A stretch of 64,000 nucleotides of DNA from Macrostomum hystrix (taxonomy: Eukaryota; Animalia; Platyhelminthes). Positions 49,601-61,600 of this stretch are shown in pieces. The notes beneath the pieces are model-generated. The model had not been told where the DNA came from and made no database searches. It worked only from the letters and a program-made list of their open reading frames with translations. The stretch is taken from NCBI GenBank assembly GCA_950097015.1, contig CATNEN010000003.1:682001-746000 (forward strand), in the 5' to 3' direction. The stretch's first letter is position 1; every line of letters starts with the position of its first letter. The position numbers and the translations under genes were made by a program.

Positions 49601-52600
49601 CGAGGGTGGGGACGCCACCGGACAGGGCCCGGGACCACAAGCTACCTACGCCGCCATCGCACGTAGGCAACCTGCCGTCATCATCACCGGCAGAGACGGG
49701 AAAAGGCTGAGCAGCGAACAGCTCAGCGACATTTGCCGCAACATAGATGCTATGTTGTGGCAACTTCAACTGAAGGGCGAGCCCCTGGCGGTCGGCGCAA
49801 GCGCTACCAGGGAATCGTGCTTCGTCGTCTGGCCCGGCGATGCGGAATCGGGGCGGCGGCTCCTCGAGTTGCTGCCCACGCAGAGCTGGGCGGCTGGCCT
49901 CGAGTTCCTACGGGAGAACGAGCCACCAAAGACCAAGCGACACCGTATCTTCGTCCCGGCGAAAAGTGTCGTCACCAGCGCTGAGGACCTCCGCAGGGGC
50001 CTCATCGCGATGAACCGGGAGCTGCCGACAGCGGGCCTGATCGTGCACCGCACGATCCTGCGCCCCGACGGCACCGGTTTCACCGCCATTCTGGGCCTGT
50101 CCGAGCAATGGACACGCCGCTACCCAGATGGCGCCAACATTTGCATTGGTCTGTGGAAGACCAAAATCTTCGCCTTCGAGGCGGATAAAACCCGAGGTCA
50201 GACCGGGCCCACCACCGTACCGGCCAATGAAGGGTCCTCGGACCCCAAGGCTGGGACTGGGGGCAGGGCCCAGTCGTCCCGCCAAAAAAGGCCAGAGCGT
50301 GCCATCGCTGGCAGCTCTGAGCGTCGCCCCGCGCGTGTCACAAAGCGCCGGGGCCTTCTCCAGCGGGCCTCCGAGGTGGTGCGAACCGCCAAGATGGCCC
50401 AGCTGCGCGCTGAGATGCGCGGTGGCCCACCGGGGCAGGCGCCGCAACCAAGGGCTACGGGGGAGGCCTCAGAGGTGCCCAGCTCCATCGAGCAGGGCCC
50501 TTCGAGCGCCCCTCCCACGGCCCAGGGAGCGGTGTCGGCTCCAGTTGAGGGCGACTCTGGGCCTGGGCTCGGGGCCGGGGGCGGGGACTGGGCGGCTGAC
50601 GCCGTCGAGTTCCCGTCTCCGGCTCGGGGCCTGGGCACGGAGGAGCCCATGGCTACCGACATCGACCCGGAGGAGGAGGACCGCCTTCTGGCTGGGTCCC
50701 CCTCCAAGTAGACCTCTGCCTGCATGATGATCCCCGGAATATCATGTCTGCAAGTTAACACCCAGCACTGCGTGGCAGCATCAGTCAATCTGATGCGCAC
50801 GACAGAGCGCATGATGCCGGGCCTTGTACTTGTGCAGGAGCCCTGGCTATCAAAGAACAAGCCAAGCAACATTCCTGCTGGCTATGACTGCTTCTGCATG
50901 GCAGACTCTGTCCGCCCTAGATCACTGATCTATGCCGCAAAAGCCTTAAATGCGTGGATGAGACCCGATCTCTCTAACGGGGACATCTGCGTCATCCAAT
51001 CTGCACACATTGTGCCTAACAAGTTGACCCTCGTGGCATCCGCCTACCTGGCAGGCGACGCCCCCGTGGTTAGCGATACCCTCGTCGCCCTCTGTGAATT
51101 CGCCAGGGCACGAAACTTCGAGCTGCTCCTCGCGGGAGATGTAAACTCGCATCACACCCACTGGGGTAGCTCAAAAATCAATGACCGCGGCGAAGAGCTC
51201 CTGGCCTTCGTCAGCGGCACGCCTCTAAACTTCTGCAATGTGGGCAACACGCCCACTTTCGACAATGGGCGGTGGGCTGAGGTGCTTGACGTCACCCTGG
51301 CCTCACCCGGCATCCTCCCAAGGGTGCTGGGGTGGGAGGTGTGGGAGACCGAAAGCTCGCTCTCGGACCACCGTTTCATCCGTTTCAACATCGGCACCCC
51401 CGATAAGAAGCAAAAGCCTATTTGGAGGCGTAATGTCAGAAATACCGACTGGCCCGCGTTCAGCCAAAAGCTGCATGAGGGCCTTCGGGATTCTGACCCC
51501 TCCATGGCCATGGAAACCACGCAGGACCTGGATGGAGTGGCTGCCCTGCTGGGCGGCGCCATCACAGAGGCCTACGAAATGGCTTGCCCGCTCAAAGCCT
51601 ACAAAGGCAAAAAATCGGCCCCCTGGTGGAACCCCGAGCTCGGAGTCCTAAGACGCCGAGCTAAGGCTCTCCAGAGGAAGCTGAAAACCTCACACGACCC
51701 TGATGACAAAGAGGCCTATACTCGCGCCATCCATGAGTTTAAGGGCCGGGTCAGAAGGGCAAAAGCGGACAAGTGGCGACAATACTGCGAAGGGCTTGAG
51801 GGCTCGCGGCCCACGGCCCGCGTGGTAAAGGCGCTCACCAACGACCGCTTCTCCAAGCTCTCATCGATTAAAAAGCCGGACGGCTCGATCACTGAGCGCC
51901 CGGAGGAAACGCTCGAGCTTATGCTAGGGCATTTCTTCCCGAGTGTACCGGCGCACTTCGGCCCAGACGACCACTCGCGTGGAGGTCAGGGCCTGGCTCA
52001 GTCACTCGTTACGAATGACCGCATCGTTCGCGCGGCTAAGTCATTCAATCCTTTTAAAGCACCTGGGCCAGATGGTATATATCCGGCCTTTCTGCATGAA
52101 GCGGTTAAAAATGGCCGCTTCCTCCATCTCCTCTGCAGACTTCTACGGGCCTGCATCGTGCTGGGCTACGTACCAGCGCGGTGGCATGAAGCCCGGGTCG
52201 TCTTCATCCCGAAGCCCGCCAAAGGCGACTATCGCTCGGTCAAGTCTTATCGCCCGATAAGCTTGACTTCCACCTGCCTCAAGCTCATGGAAAGACTGGT
52301 GCTCTGGCGCCTTCTTACTGTAGAGCTAGGGCGGGCCCCGCTCTCACCAAACCAGCACGCCTTTCGGGCGGGCCGGTCCACGGAGAGCGCCCTCCACTGC
52401 ATTGTGGAGACTCTCGAGAAGGCAGTGCTGGGCAGCGGTTTTGCCCTGGCTGTTTTCCTTGATATTGAGGGGGCCTTCGATAACGTTATTTTCGAAGCCT
52501 TTGAGAAGGCCCTGGTTTCCAGGGCCACTCACCCCCACCTCGTCCGTTGGGTCATGTACATGATCCGGAATCGCCACGTGGTGGCCCACCTCGAAGGCAG

Positions 52601-55600
52601 GGTGCTCTCGGCACCTGTCCTAAAAGGAGGGCCCCAAGGTGGCGTCCTCACCCCACTGCTGTGGAATCTCGTCATGGATGAGCTGCTAAAAAGCACTCGG
52701 CCTGACCCAGTCCTGAAGGTGGGATATGCCGACGATGTGACCGCCATCTGCGCGGGCCCCTCGGCGGAAACCACCAGGGACCTCATTCAGGGCTTTATCA
52801 ACAGGGCGGTGCGCTGGGCGGACCAATGCGGGCTCCGACTCTCTGAGTCCAAGACCGTTGCGGTTATGTTTACCAGCAGGCTGCGCTGGACCATTGAGCC
52901 TCTGACTCTCTATGGCAAGAATATTGCCATGGAAAAGCAGGTCCGGTGCCTTGGTATCCTGCTAGACCATAGGCTTAACTGGACCCCGCACATTACCACA
53001 AAGGCCAAGAGGGCCCTGGCCATTCTGGCGCAAGTCAGGCGAGCCGTGGGCACCACTTGGGGGCTAACCCCCAAAAACCTTTGGTGGATTTACACGGCGA
53101 TCATTAGACCGTCAGTCGCTTACGCTGGCCTCATCTGGGCCAGTGCCATGAGCATCCAGAAAAACCTGGAGGCGCTTTATAGGGTGCAGGGCAGAGCCTG
53201 TCGCATGACGCTGGGCGCCCCACCCTCCACTCCCTTTGAAGGCATGAACGCTTTCCTCAACGCTACACCCATTGACATTTTTGTTAAGGGGGAAGCGGCA
53301 AAGTCCACCCGTCGTCTCCTTGATGCGGGTGTATCCTTCCAGAATTCGCGAGCCTTCTCGAAGCGCTCCCTTCTGCCCCACTCTGACCTCTGCCTGAAAA
53401 CTCTGGGCGAGTGCGGAGGGCTCACCATCCTTTCGGACGGGGCCCCGGCCACTTTACTCCGGAGCCACAGGTACAAAGTCAGCATCTTCCCTCGTAATGA
53501 GGTAAAGGACTGCTGGGATGACCCCGCAGTCCACTGTTACACTGACGGCTCCCTGATGAACGGTAAATCGGGATTCGGGGTGTGCGTCGCCTCGGGTGGC
53601 GAGGTCCTCTGGACCCACTCCCAACACTGTGGCAAGAGCTCAAGCGTTTTCCAAAACGAAATGCTCGCCATCAGTTTCTGTGCGGCTGAGCTGCGCCAGA
53701 GGCAGCTGGCTGGTCGGAGGATCTTTTTTCACTCCGACAGTCAAGCAGCCCTCAAGGCCCTCAGTCGCTGCACCTCTCGCTCCAGAACCACCTTGGACTG
53801 CAACACCCAGTTAAACGGTTTGGCGCAGTCTAACAAGGTGGAGCTGATGTGGATCCCTGGGCACGCCGGGCTCACAGGGAATGAGATGGCGGACGAGCTT
53901 GCAAAGGCTGGAGCAGCCAGCTCCCTGATGGGCCCGGGCCCGGAATCCCCGATCCCCGCCTCCGTTGTCAACTCCAGCATCAACCACTGGATGGAGACCC
54001 AGCACCGGAGGAGGTGGTCCAGCACCCTGAACTGTCGCCAGTCCAGGGCTGCGGTGCAAACCCCCTCTAGTAACCTGCGTAAGGCCTTACTCAGGCTAAA
54101 CCGCAGAGACCTGAGAGCAGTCACCATGGCCCTTTCGGGACATGGCTGCTTCACCAGACACCGCTACCTCCAAGGCCACGTGCCTGAGGAAACGTGTCCT
54201 TTCTGCTGCTCCGGCCGTGAAAACGCCGAGCATTTCATTTGCCACTGCCCGGCCTTCACCCGGGCTAGGCTAAAACACCTCGGGCCGGCACCGACTCTTG
54301 CCGAAGCCTGCTCGCCCGAGAACATCCCTCAGCTCGCCCACTTCCTCCGGGATACCGGCCGAGCTGATTTCTTCCCAGCCTATGGCGAGGAAGATCGCGC
54401 GGCGGAACCGACCGACGGACCACCCTGAGCGGCACCGCCTCGCTGGAGGCCGTCTGGCTGCCAGGGGTTAGCGATATGGGCGGCAACAGCCGCCTCCTCG
54501 CTGCGTCCGTCATGGAGGCCCCCTGCCGCTAAGTCAAGTAAGTCAAGCTGTCAATAGAATCTTAATTACACTACTGGCAGTAGAATTGATAGCATTCTAA
54601 TCTCACGATGAAAAGTAGAAAAAATCATCCTGATTACACTACTGACAGTAGAAATAAAAGGATCGTAATTACACTACTGACAGTAGAAATAGAAGAATTT
54701 TAATTACACTACTGACAGTAGAAATGAGGGCATCCTAATTACAGAAATAGTGGACTCACTGGCGCAGAAGAAGCCAGAGCCAGAATAGCCAGGCGGGCAG
54801 ACGCAGCTGTAACCGGGGTTCTGATTAATGCAGGTGGCAAGCTCGTGGCACTGATTGCGCGGCTTGTTCTTGTCACACTCGTCCACATCGTCGCAGTTGG
54901 TGCCGTTGCCAAGGAGGCCGGCGCTGCAGCGGCAGTCGAAGCTGCCAGGCGTGTTGACGCACAGAGCGTTCTTGTCACAGTTGGCTGTACCACTGAGGCA
55001 TTCATCAACGTCCTGACAGTCGATGCCATCGCCGATGTAGCCTTTGCGGCAGGCACAGGAGTAGCTGCCCTGAGTGTTGGTACAGGTGGCCGTAGAGTGG
55101 CATCTGTTCAGCGACGGACTGTCGCACTCGTTGATGTCCTCGCACTTGCCGGCCTTCAACTGGGCGCCCGGAGCGCAGGGGCAGGAGAAGCCGCCGGGTA
55201 GGTTGACGCACACCGTCAGGCTCTGGCCGGCGCAGGAGCGCGGATCCAGGCACTCGTTGATGTCGTTGCAGAAGGTGCGACCGTCGCCAACGAAGCCGGC
55301 GCCGCACTGGCAGGCGTAGGAGCCCGGAGTATTTCGACAGTTGGCGTGCTGGACGCACTTATGCGTGCCGCTCGCGCACTCGTCGATGTCGCGACAATTG
55401 TCGTAGCCGTTGCCCTGGTAACCGGGGTTACAGGCGCAGGCGTAGCCCTGGGGTGTGTACACGCAGCGAGCGTTGGCGTCGCACAGGGATTTGGCGCGGC
55501 AATCGCCAACGTCTGCGGGTGCGCGAATAATTGTTGCAGTTTTTGTTGTTCTAGAAGCACTAGAAAAGTCTCTTAAAGTCTTTGCTGTTCAAAGGACCAT

Positions 55601-58600
55601 TATATAAAATTCTTCTTCTTTTTATTTGCAGAAGGCTGTGGGCAATGGCACATCATTCGGAGACATTAGACCTGTAGCCAGCGAGGAGGCAATTCCGCCC
55701 ATTCCGCTGACTCCTAGCAAACATGCACAGTGAGAGTGCAGGTACCGTACGCAAGCACTCGCTCACACAAGTGTGTACACCTGCCCTGACTTTCTCATCG
55801 TTAGGCAGTTTACACTCTCACTGTGGCTTTAGAGGTTGTTAGAGGCTATTTGTTAATCAGAATTCCTCACCATCGCAGGTGGCTACACCGTCGCCGCGGT
55901 AGCCTGGCTTGCAGGCGCAGCTGAAGCTGCCATCAGTGTTGGAGCACTTGGCGTTCTGGTGGCAGTTACTCTTGCCAGTGGCGCATTCGTTGACGTCGCG
56001 GCAGCTGACACCGTCGCCCATGTAGCCCTGCTTGCACAGGCAGTAGAAGCTGCCAGGGTTATTAGTACAGATGGCGTGATCCTTGTCGCAGTTGTGTGTG
56101 CCCTCCATGCACTCGTTGATGTCGTAGCACTGGAAGCCGCTGCCACGATAGCCGGCAGGGCACTGGCAGGTGATCTGCTGATCAGCCCAGCTGCACAGAG
56201 CCACAGAGCCGCAGCCGCCATTGTTAAATAGGCAGGGATTGTCGCCCTTGATGCAGGTCTTACCGTCGCCAATATAGCCGCTGGGACATTCGCAACGGTA
56301 GGAGCCAAGCGTGTTGATGCAGCGAGCGTTGGAGGCGCACGCGGCGCTGCCCAGTTTGCATTCGTTCAGGTCGCAGAAGTTGTAACCGTCGCCGTCATAG
56401 TTAGTGGGACATTCGCAACGGTAAGAGCCGGCCGTGTTTATACAGTCGGCCAGACGATGACACGGCTGCTGACGTCCGGAACATTCGTCGACGTCGACGC
56501 AGCGACCTCCGATGTCGGTGTAGCCGGAGCGGCACCAGCAGGAGTTGTTGCGCAGGCAGAGGCCGTAGGGTCCGCATTTGCAGGCGTTTTGAGTGCTGAC
56601 ACACTTGCCACTGGCCGAGTCCAAGCGGTAGCCATCGGCACATTCGCACCTGTGTGATCAGGTCTTGTCAATGTGACTGGTGTCCATGCTGCTTTGTCTA
56701 TAGTGTTTGTGCTAATAGTCCATGTTTCTATAGTCAATGGGACTATTTTCGGGGGGGCTGAGTGGTAAAGCGGTTAATGCATTTTGCCTCTCGCAACAAG
56801 GTCCCTGAGCTCGATTCCACGGCGAGGCCACATTCATTTGGGGCGCAGCCGCGGAGAGAAGGCTTGGAGGCTTGTCCTGCAATTTACGCCCTTAATTGAT
56901 TATAATTAATAATTGATTACACCTGTCCCAATCGGGCCAGATGTGCAGCCGACAGTACAGCCGACAGTACAGCTATTGCGCGGCGCATCTGAAGGCTGCG
57001 TACAGCTGTTCAGTCCATAGACTGGGGGGACGCCACACCCTCAATTATCCCAGCTAATGCTGGTACCCATTTAACAGCTGGGTGAACTAAAACAATGCAG
57101 AGTTAAGTGTCTTGCTAAAGGACACAAATTGTTTCAGTGGAATCGGGAATCGAACCCCCGACCTTCAAGTCGTGAGTCCGACGCCCTAACCAGTAGTTTC
57201 TGTAGCTAGGCTACAACCTTATGCCCTTGAGGACCAACCTCCAAGGTACGGTGAAAGTGTACATTGCCTGACGATGAGAAAGTCAGGGCAGATGTACACA
57301 CCTGTGTGAGCGTGTGCCTGCATACGGTATCTGTGTCCATGTGTGCTCAGGAGTCAGCGGAATGAACAGAATTGCCTCCTCGCTGGCTTCGGTTCTAGTG
57401 TCTCCAAATGATGTGCCATTGCCCGCAGGCCTCCTGCAATTTTATTAGTATGGGTCTATAGTCCATGTTTCATAGTCTGTGTTTCTATCATTACCTGTAT
57501 CCGCCAACTAGTTCAACGCATCGTCCGTGATCACTGTCGCAGTCATTCAGCAGCGGATTGTCGCACTCGCGAATATCGACGCAGTTGCCAGCCTGGTTAA
57601 AGTGCAATCCAGAGTTGCAGACGCATCCGGCGCCGCCGTTGGCGCCCTGGCAGGTGGAATTCGCGGGGCATTTGACGCCGATGCAGGCGTCTTGAACTTG
57701 GACGCAGCGCAGAGTGCCACCGGGCCCAACGGAGGCGGTGAAGGCCGGTTCCAGGCACTGGCAGGAGCCGGACTGGAGGCGAAGCGAATAAATTGAATGA
57801 AAAATGAGCGACTGGCTACTGTGAGTAGCTGAATTCTAGGTTAATTATCAAGAATAATTCTCACCTTGCAGTAGGCTCCCACAGGGCATTCTGTATCCTT
57901 GCACGGTTTTCCACCGCCGCCATTGGCGCAGGTGATGGGCTGGCTGCCAGCCACGGGAGTGTGTCCTGGCTTGCACACGCACTGATAACCGCCGTCTACG
58001 TCGACGCATTGGGCTTTGTCACCGCACAGGTAGCTATTTCTGGCGCATTGGTCGACGCTGACGCAGACGCGTTTGCCCTCCTTCACTCGCTCCTCGTAGC
58101 CAATCCTGCAGGCGCAGATGAAGCTGCCAGGCTTGTTCTTGCACTCCGAGTTGGCCACCGAAGCGCAAGCGTCCGATTGTTCGCACTCGTCAATGTCTGC
58201 GTTACGTATTTTATATACTTTGTTGGAGATGTCTTACTGACATACTGACTTACTGACATAGAGTTATACGATTATTTTATAGTTATACTTGTCTTTAGTC
58301 TGTGTCTGTAGTCTTTGAGTCTATAGTCTATGGGTCTATAGTCTGTGTCTCTAGTCTGTGTATATCGTCTATGTGTCTATAGTCTATGTTTCTGTAGTTA
58401 ACGGCTATTTTTACGGCTAGCATTAGAGTCAGTCGGTATTCGAACTAATCTACTAGTTCTTGAATTTTAATAATAATTCCTAGTACTCGAGCTTACCAAC
58501 GCAGGCGTCCTGTCGCACTTGAAAGCCTTGGCGGCATTCGCATTTGTGCTTGCCCTGCGGCAGGTCGGTGCAGATGCCATTGTTACAAACGTCGGGACGC

Positions 58601-61600
58601 ATACAGGGTGTGACCAAGTTGGTTTCTGTCGAATGACCGTTATTGAGTCATTGGTTATTGAAGCTTGAGGTTTAAAAGTTCTCAAAACTGTTAATGCTTT
58701 TAAAAAGTCAAAGAACACAACTATTTAAAAGATCATAAACCACTTTCCAGGTCATTTATTAAACTTAATTCAAATCTCATTGCTCACACTGGACTCAATG
58801 GTCATTGCTCACCGTTGTAGCAGATCTTGCCATCACCGCTGAGTCCCTGTCTGCACTGGCAGGCATAGCTGCCCGGAGTGTTGTAACAGGTGGCCTGCTT
58901 GTCACAGAGGCCAGGGAATCTGACGCATTCATCAATATCCGTACAGGTGACACCGTTGCCTTCAAAGCCGCCAAGGCAGACACAGGTGGCATTGTTGCAG
59001 GTTGCTTGTGGATGACAGCTCACACCGTTGCAGTCTAGCTCTGTGGTAGAGTATATTGGTTGGTTACATATTTGGTCACTGAGTTCAGGAACTCTATCAT
59101 GAAACCGAGCCTACTGCACGGGCGTAGCCAGGGGAAGGGGACAAGGGAGGCCGTGCCCCCCTATCGGGCTGATAAATCTATGTGGCGCCCCCCATGGTAG
59201 TGACGCCCCCGTTGTAGTGACGCCCCGTGGTAGTGACTCCCCTGTGGTAGTGACGCCCCCGTGGTAGTGACGCCCCCGTGGTAGTGACGCCCCCGTTGTA
59301 GTGACGCCCAAGTGGTAGTGACGCCCCCGTGGTAGTGACGCCCCCGTTGTGGTGACGCCCAAGTGGTAGTGACGCCCCTGTGGTAGTGACGCCCCCGTGG
59401 TAGTGACGCCCCCGAGGTAGTGACGCCCCCGTGGTAGTGACGCCCCCGTTGTAGTGACGCCCAAGTGGTAGTGACGCCCCCGTGGTAGTGACGCCCCCGT
59501 GGTAGTGACGCCCCCGTGGTAGTGTCGCCCCTGTGGTAGTGACGCCCCGTGGTAGTGACGCCCCTGTGGTAGTGACGCCCCCGTGGTAGTGACGCCCCTG
59601 TGGTAGTGACGCCCCTGTGGTAGTGACGCCCCTGTGGTAGTGACGCCCCCGTGGTAGTGACGCCCCTGTGGTAGTGACGCCCCCGTGGTAGTGACGCCCC
59701 TGTGGTAGTGACGCCCCCGCACTCACTAGTATTATCCTTGGTGCATTTGACACCATCGCCAGAGTAGCCAGGCAAGCATTGACATGTGTAGGAGCCAACA
59801 TTGTTAATACACTTGGCAAACTGGGAGCAGTCATTCTTTGAAGACAGGCACTCGTTCTCGTCCTCGCAAGAATCCATCGAGCGCGACATGACGTAGCCGA
59901 CTGAGCACTGGCATTTGAATGAGCCAGGTGTGTTGATGCAAGCGGCCCTGGCTGGACAATTAGCAGAGCCGGCGCAGCATTCGTCAATGTCGACGCACAC
60001 TTTGCCATTACCGATGAAGCCAGTGTTGCAGGTGCAAATATAGGAGCCGATGGTGTTGTTACAGGTAGCAAACTTCTTGTCGCACAAATGCAAATTGAAT
60101 TCGCATTCGTCGATATCTAAAGGTGTGTTTTTTCAGAAAAGATTTAATGCCTTTAGTCATGTGCTCAAGAGTTGTCTTTTTAAATTGCAAAGAAACCTAC
60201 TCAAAATAATCTACCGAAAAGACAATTAAGACTGTTCTTAAGAGGGAACTCTTAATACCACGCAACTTTTCCCCTGGGGAAAGATCAAGGAGGCATTTCA
60301 AATCTAGTTTGAGAAACGTGAATCAAAATTTTTCGCCCTTAAAGATGAGTTAACTTTCAAAGCCGTCAGCATCGTCGAGGTATTCAACGATCCGTGTCGA
60401 AGACCCTAGTGACAAGGACAACTATACATAACTCTGTAGCCCGTGATCCGGATTTTCATGACCATTGTTAGAAAATTTTTGGACATACAAAAATATGTCC
60501 ACAAGTGCACATGATTTAAAGAGCTGGCTGATAGGACACGGCTGAACCAACCTCGGCATTCCTCGCAGTGGCCCATGAAGCCGTCCTGGCACTGGCACTG
60601 ATAGCCGCCGTCAGTGTTGACGCATCTGGCGTTGCCCTTGCAGTCGTGACGGTTCTCCAAGCACTCGTCAATATCTTCGCACACCTGAGTGACGGGATTG
60701 AACACGTAGCCAGGTAGGCACTGACATTCGTACGAGCCGAATGTGTTCAAGCACAGTGCGTTCATCTTGGTGCAGTTGTTGTTTCCGGTGTTGCATTCGT
60801 TCTCGTCTTCGCACAGGCCAGTTGTGACGTTTTTAACAAAGCCGCGCTCGCAGTAGCACACGCCTCTGTAGCAATAGACCTGCGTGCCGTTGCACTTCAC
60901 GTTCAGGCAGGGGTCTGGCCCGGTGCAGCCTCGGTTTCCGTCATCGCATGTGCAGTAGAATGAGCCCACCTGCGAGAGTGTCACGTGTCTCAAACTAGAT
61001 ATATAGATTGAAATGACACCCATAGCCCGATTGGACCAGGTGTACAGCACAGCTATTTCTTCTCAAGTTGTTTCTACTAGTTGTTTCCACCTTTCGGTCA
61101 GACGTCCGACACTGACCGATCACTGGGCTAGAAGGTTTACTAATAGAAACAATAATAATTGCAGGAGGGCTGCGGGCAATGGCACATCATTCGGTGAGGG
61201 AAGATCCTCAGCTAGAGAGGAGGCAATTCTGCCCATTTCGCTAACTCCTGAGCACACACGAACACATGTGTGAACATCTGCCCTAACTTTCTCATCGTCA
61301 GGCAATGTACACTTTCACTATGCCTTGGAGGTTGGCTTTGAAGGGCGTAAATTGCACGACAAGCTCTTAAGCCTTCTGTCCGCGGCTGCGACCCAAATGA
61401 ATGTGGCCTCGCCGCGGAATCGAGCTCAGGGACCTTGGTGCGAGAGGTAAACGCGTTAACCGTTCTGCAACTCCCCTCCTGGCTACAAGGCTTTGCTACC
61501 AATCATTGTTAATCGACTCAAAGCTCACCGTATTTGTGCAGGTGGCGTTCATATAACAAGCATTTGGATTCTTGCACTCGTCAACATCTTCGCAAACTGT

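Larger units (their letters stand above)
48495..54546 (+). mobile_element. Full-length, apparently intact non-LTR retrotransposon (APE-RT-RNase H type; I group, LOA/R1-like), antisense in an intron of the EGF gene
   Basis: TSD GCTGTCAATAGA at 48483-48494 and 54547-54558; ~670-nt 5' UTR; two uninterrupted ORFs; short 3' UTR ending (TAAGTCAAG)2. Clade assignment is inference from domain order. Confidence 0.93.

Noticed and set aside
49130-54513. Antisense and alternative-frame ORFs over the LINE, GPCR and EGF exons
   Set aside because: Shadows of GC-rich coding sequence without independent motifs.
57370-57445. HDV-like ribozyme, suggested by GCCTCCTCGCTGGC (identical to HDV P3/L3) in SINE A and a similar motif in the LINE 3' UTR
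   Set aside because: No GG for P1.1 after a plausible P1 strand, and no P2 or J4/2 fit. The motif is better explained as part of the shared 3' stem-loop.
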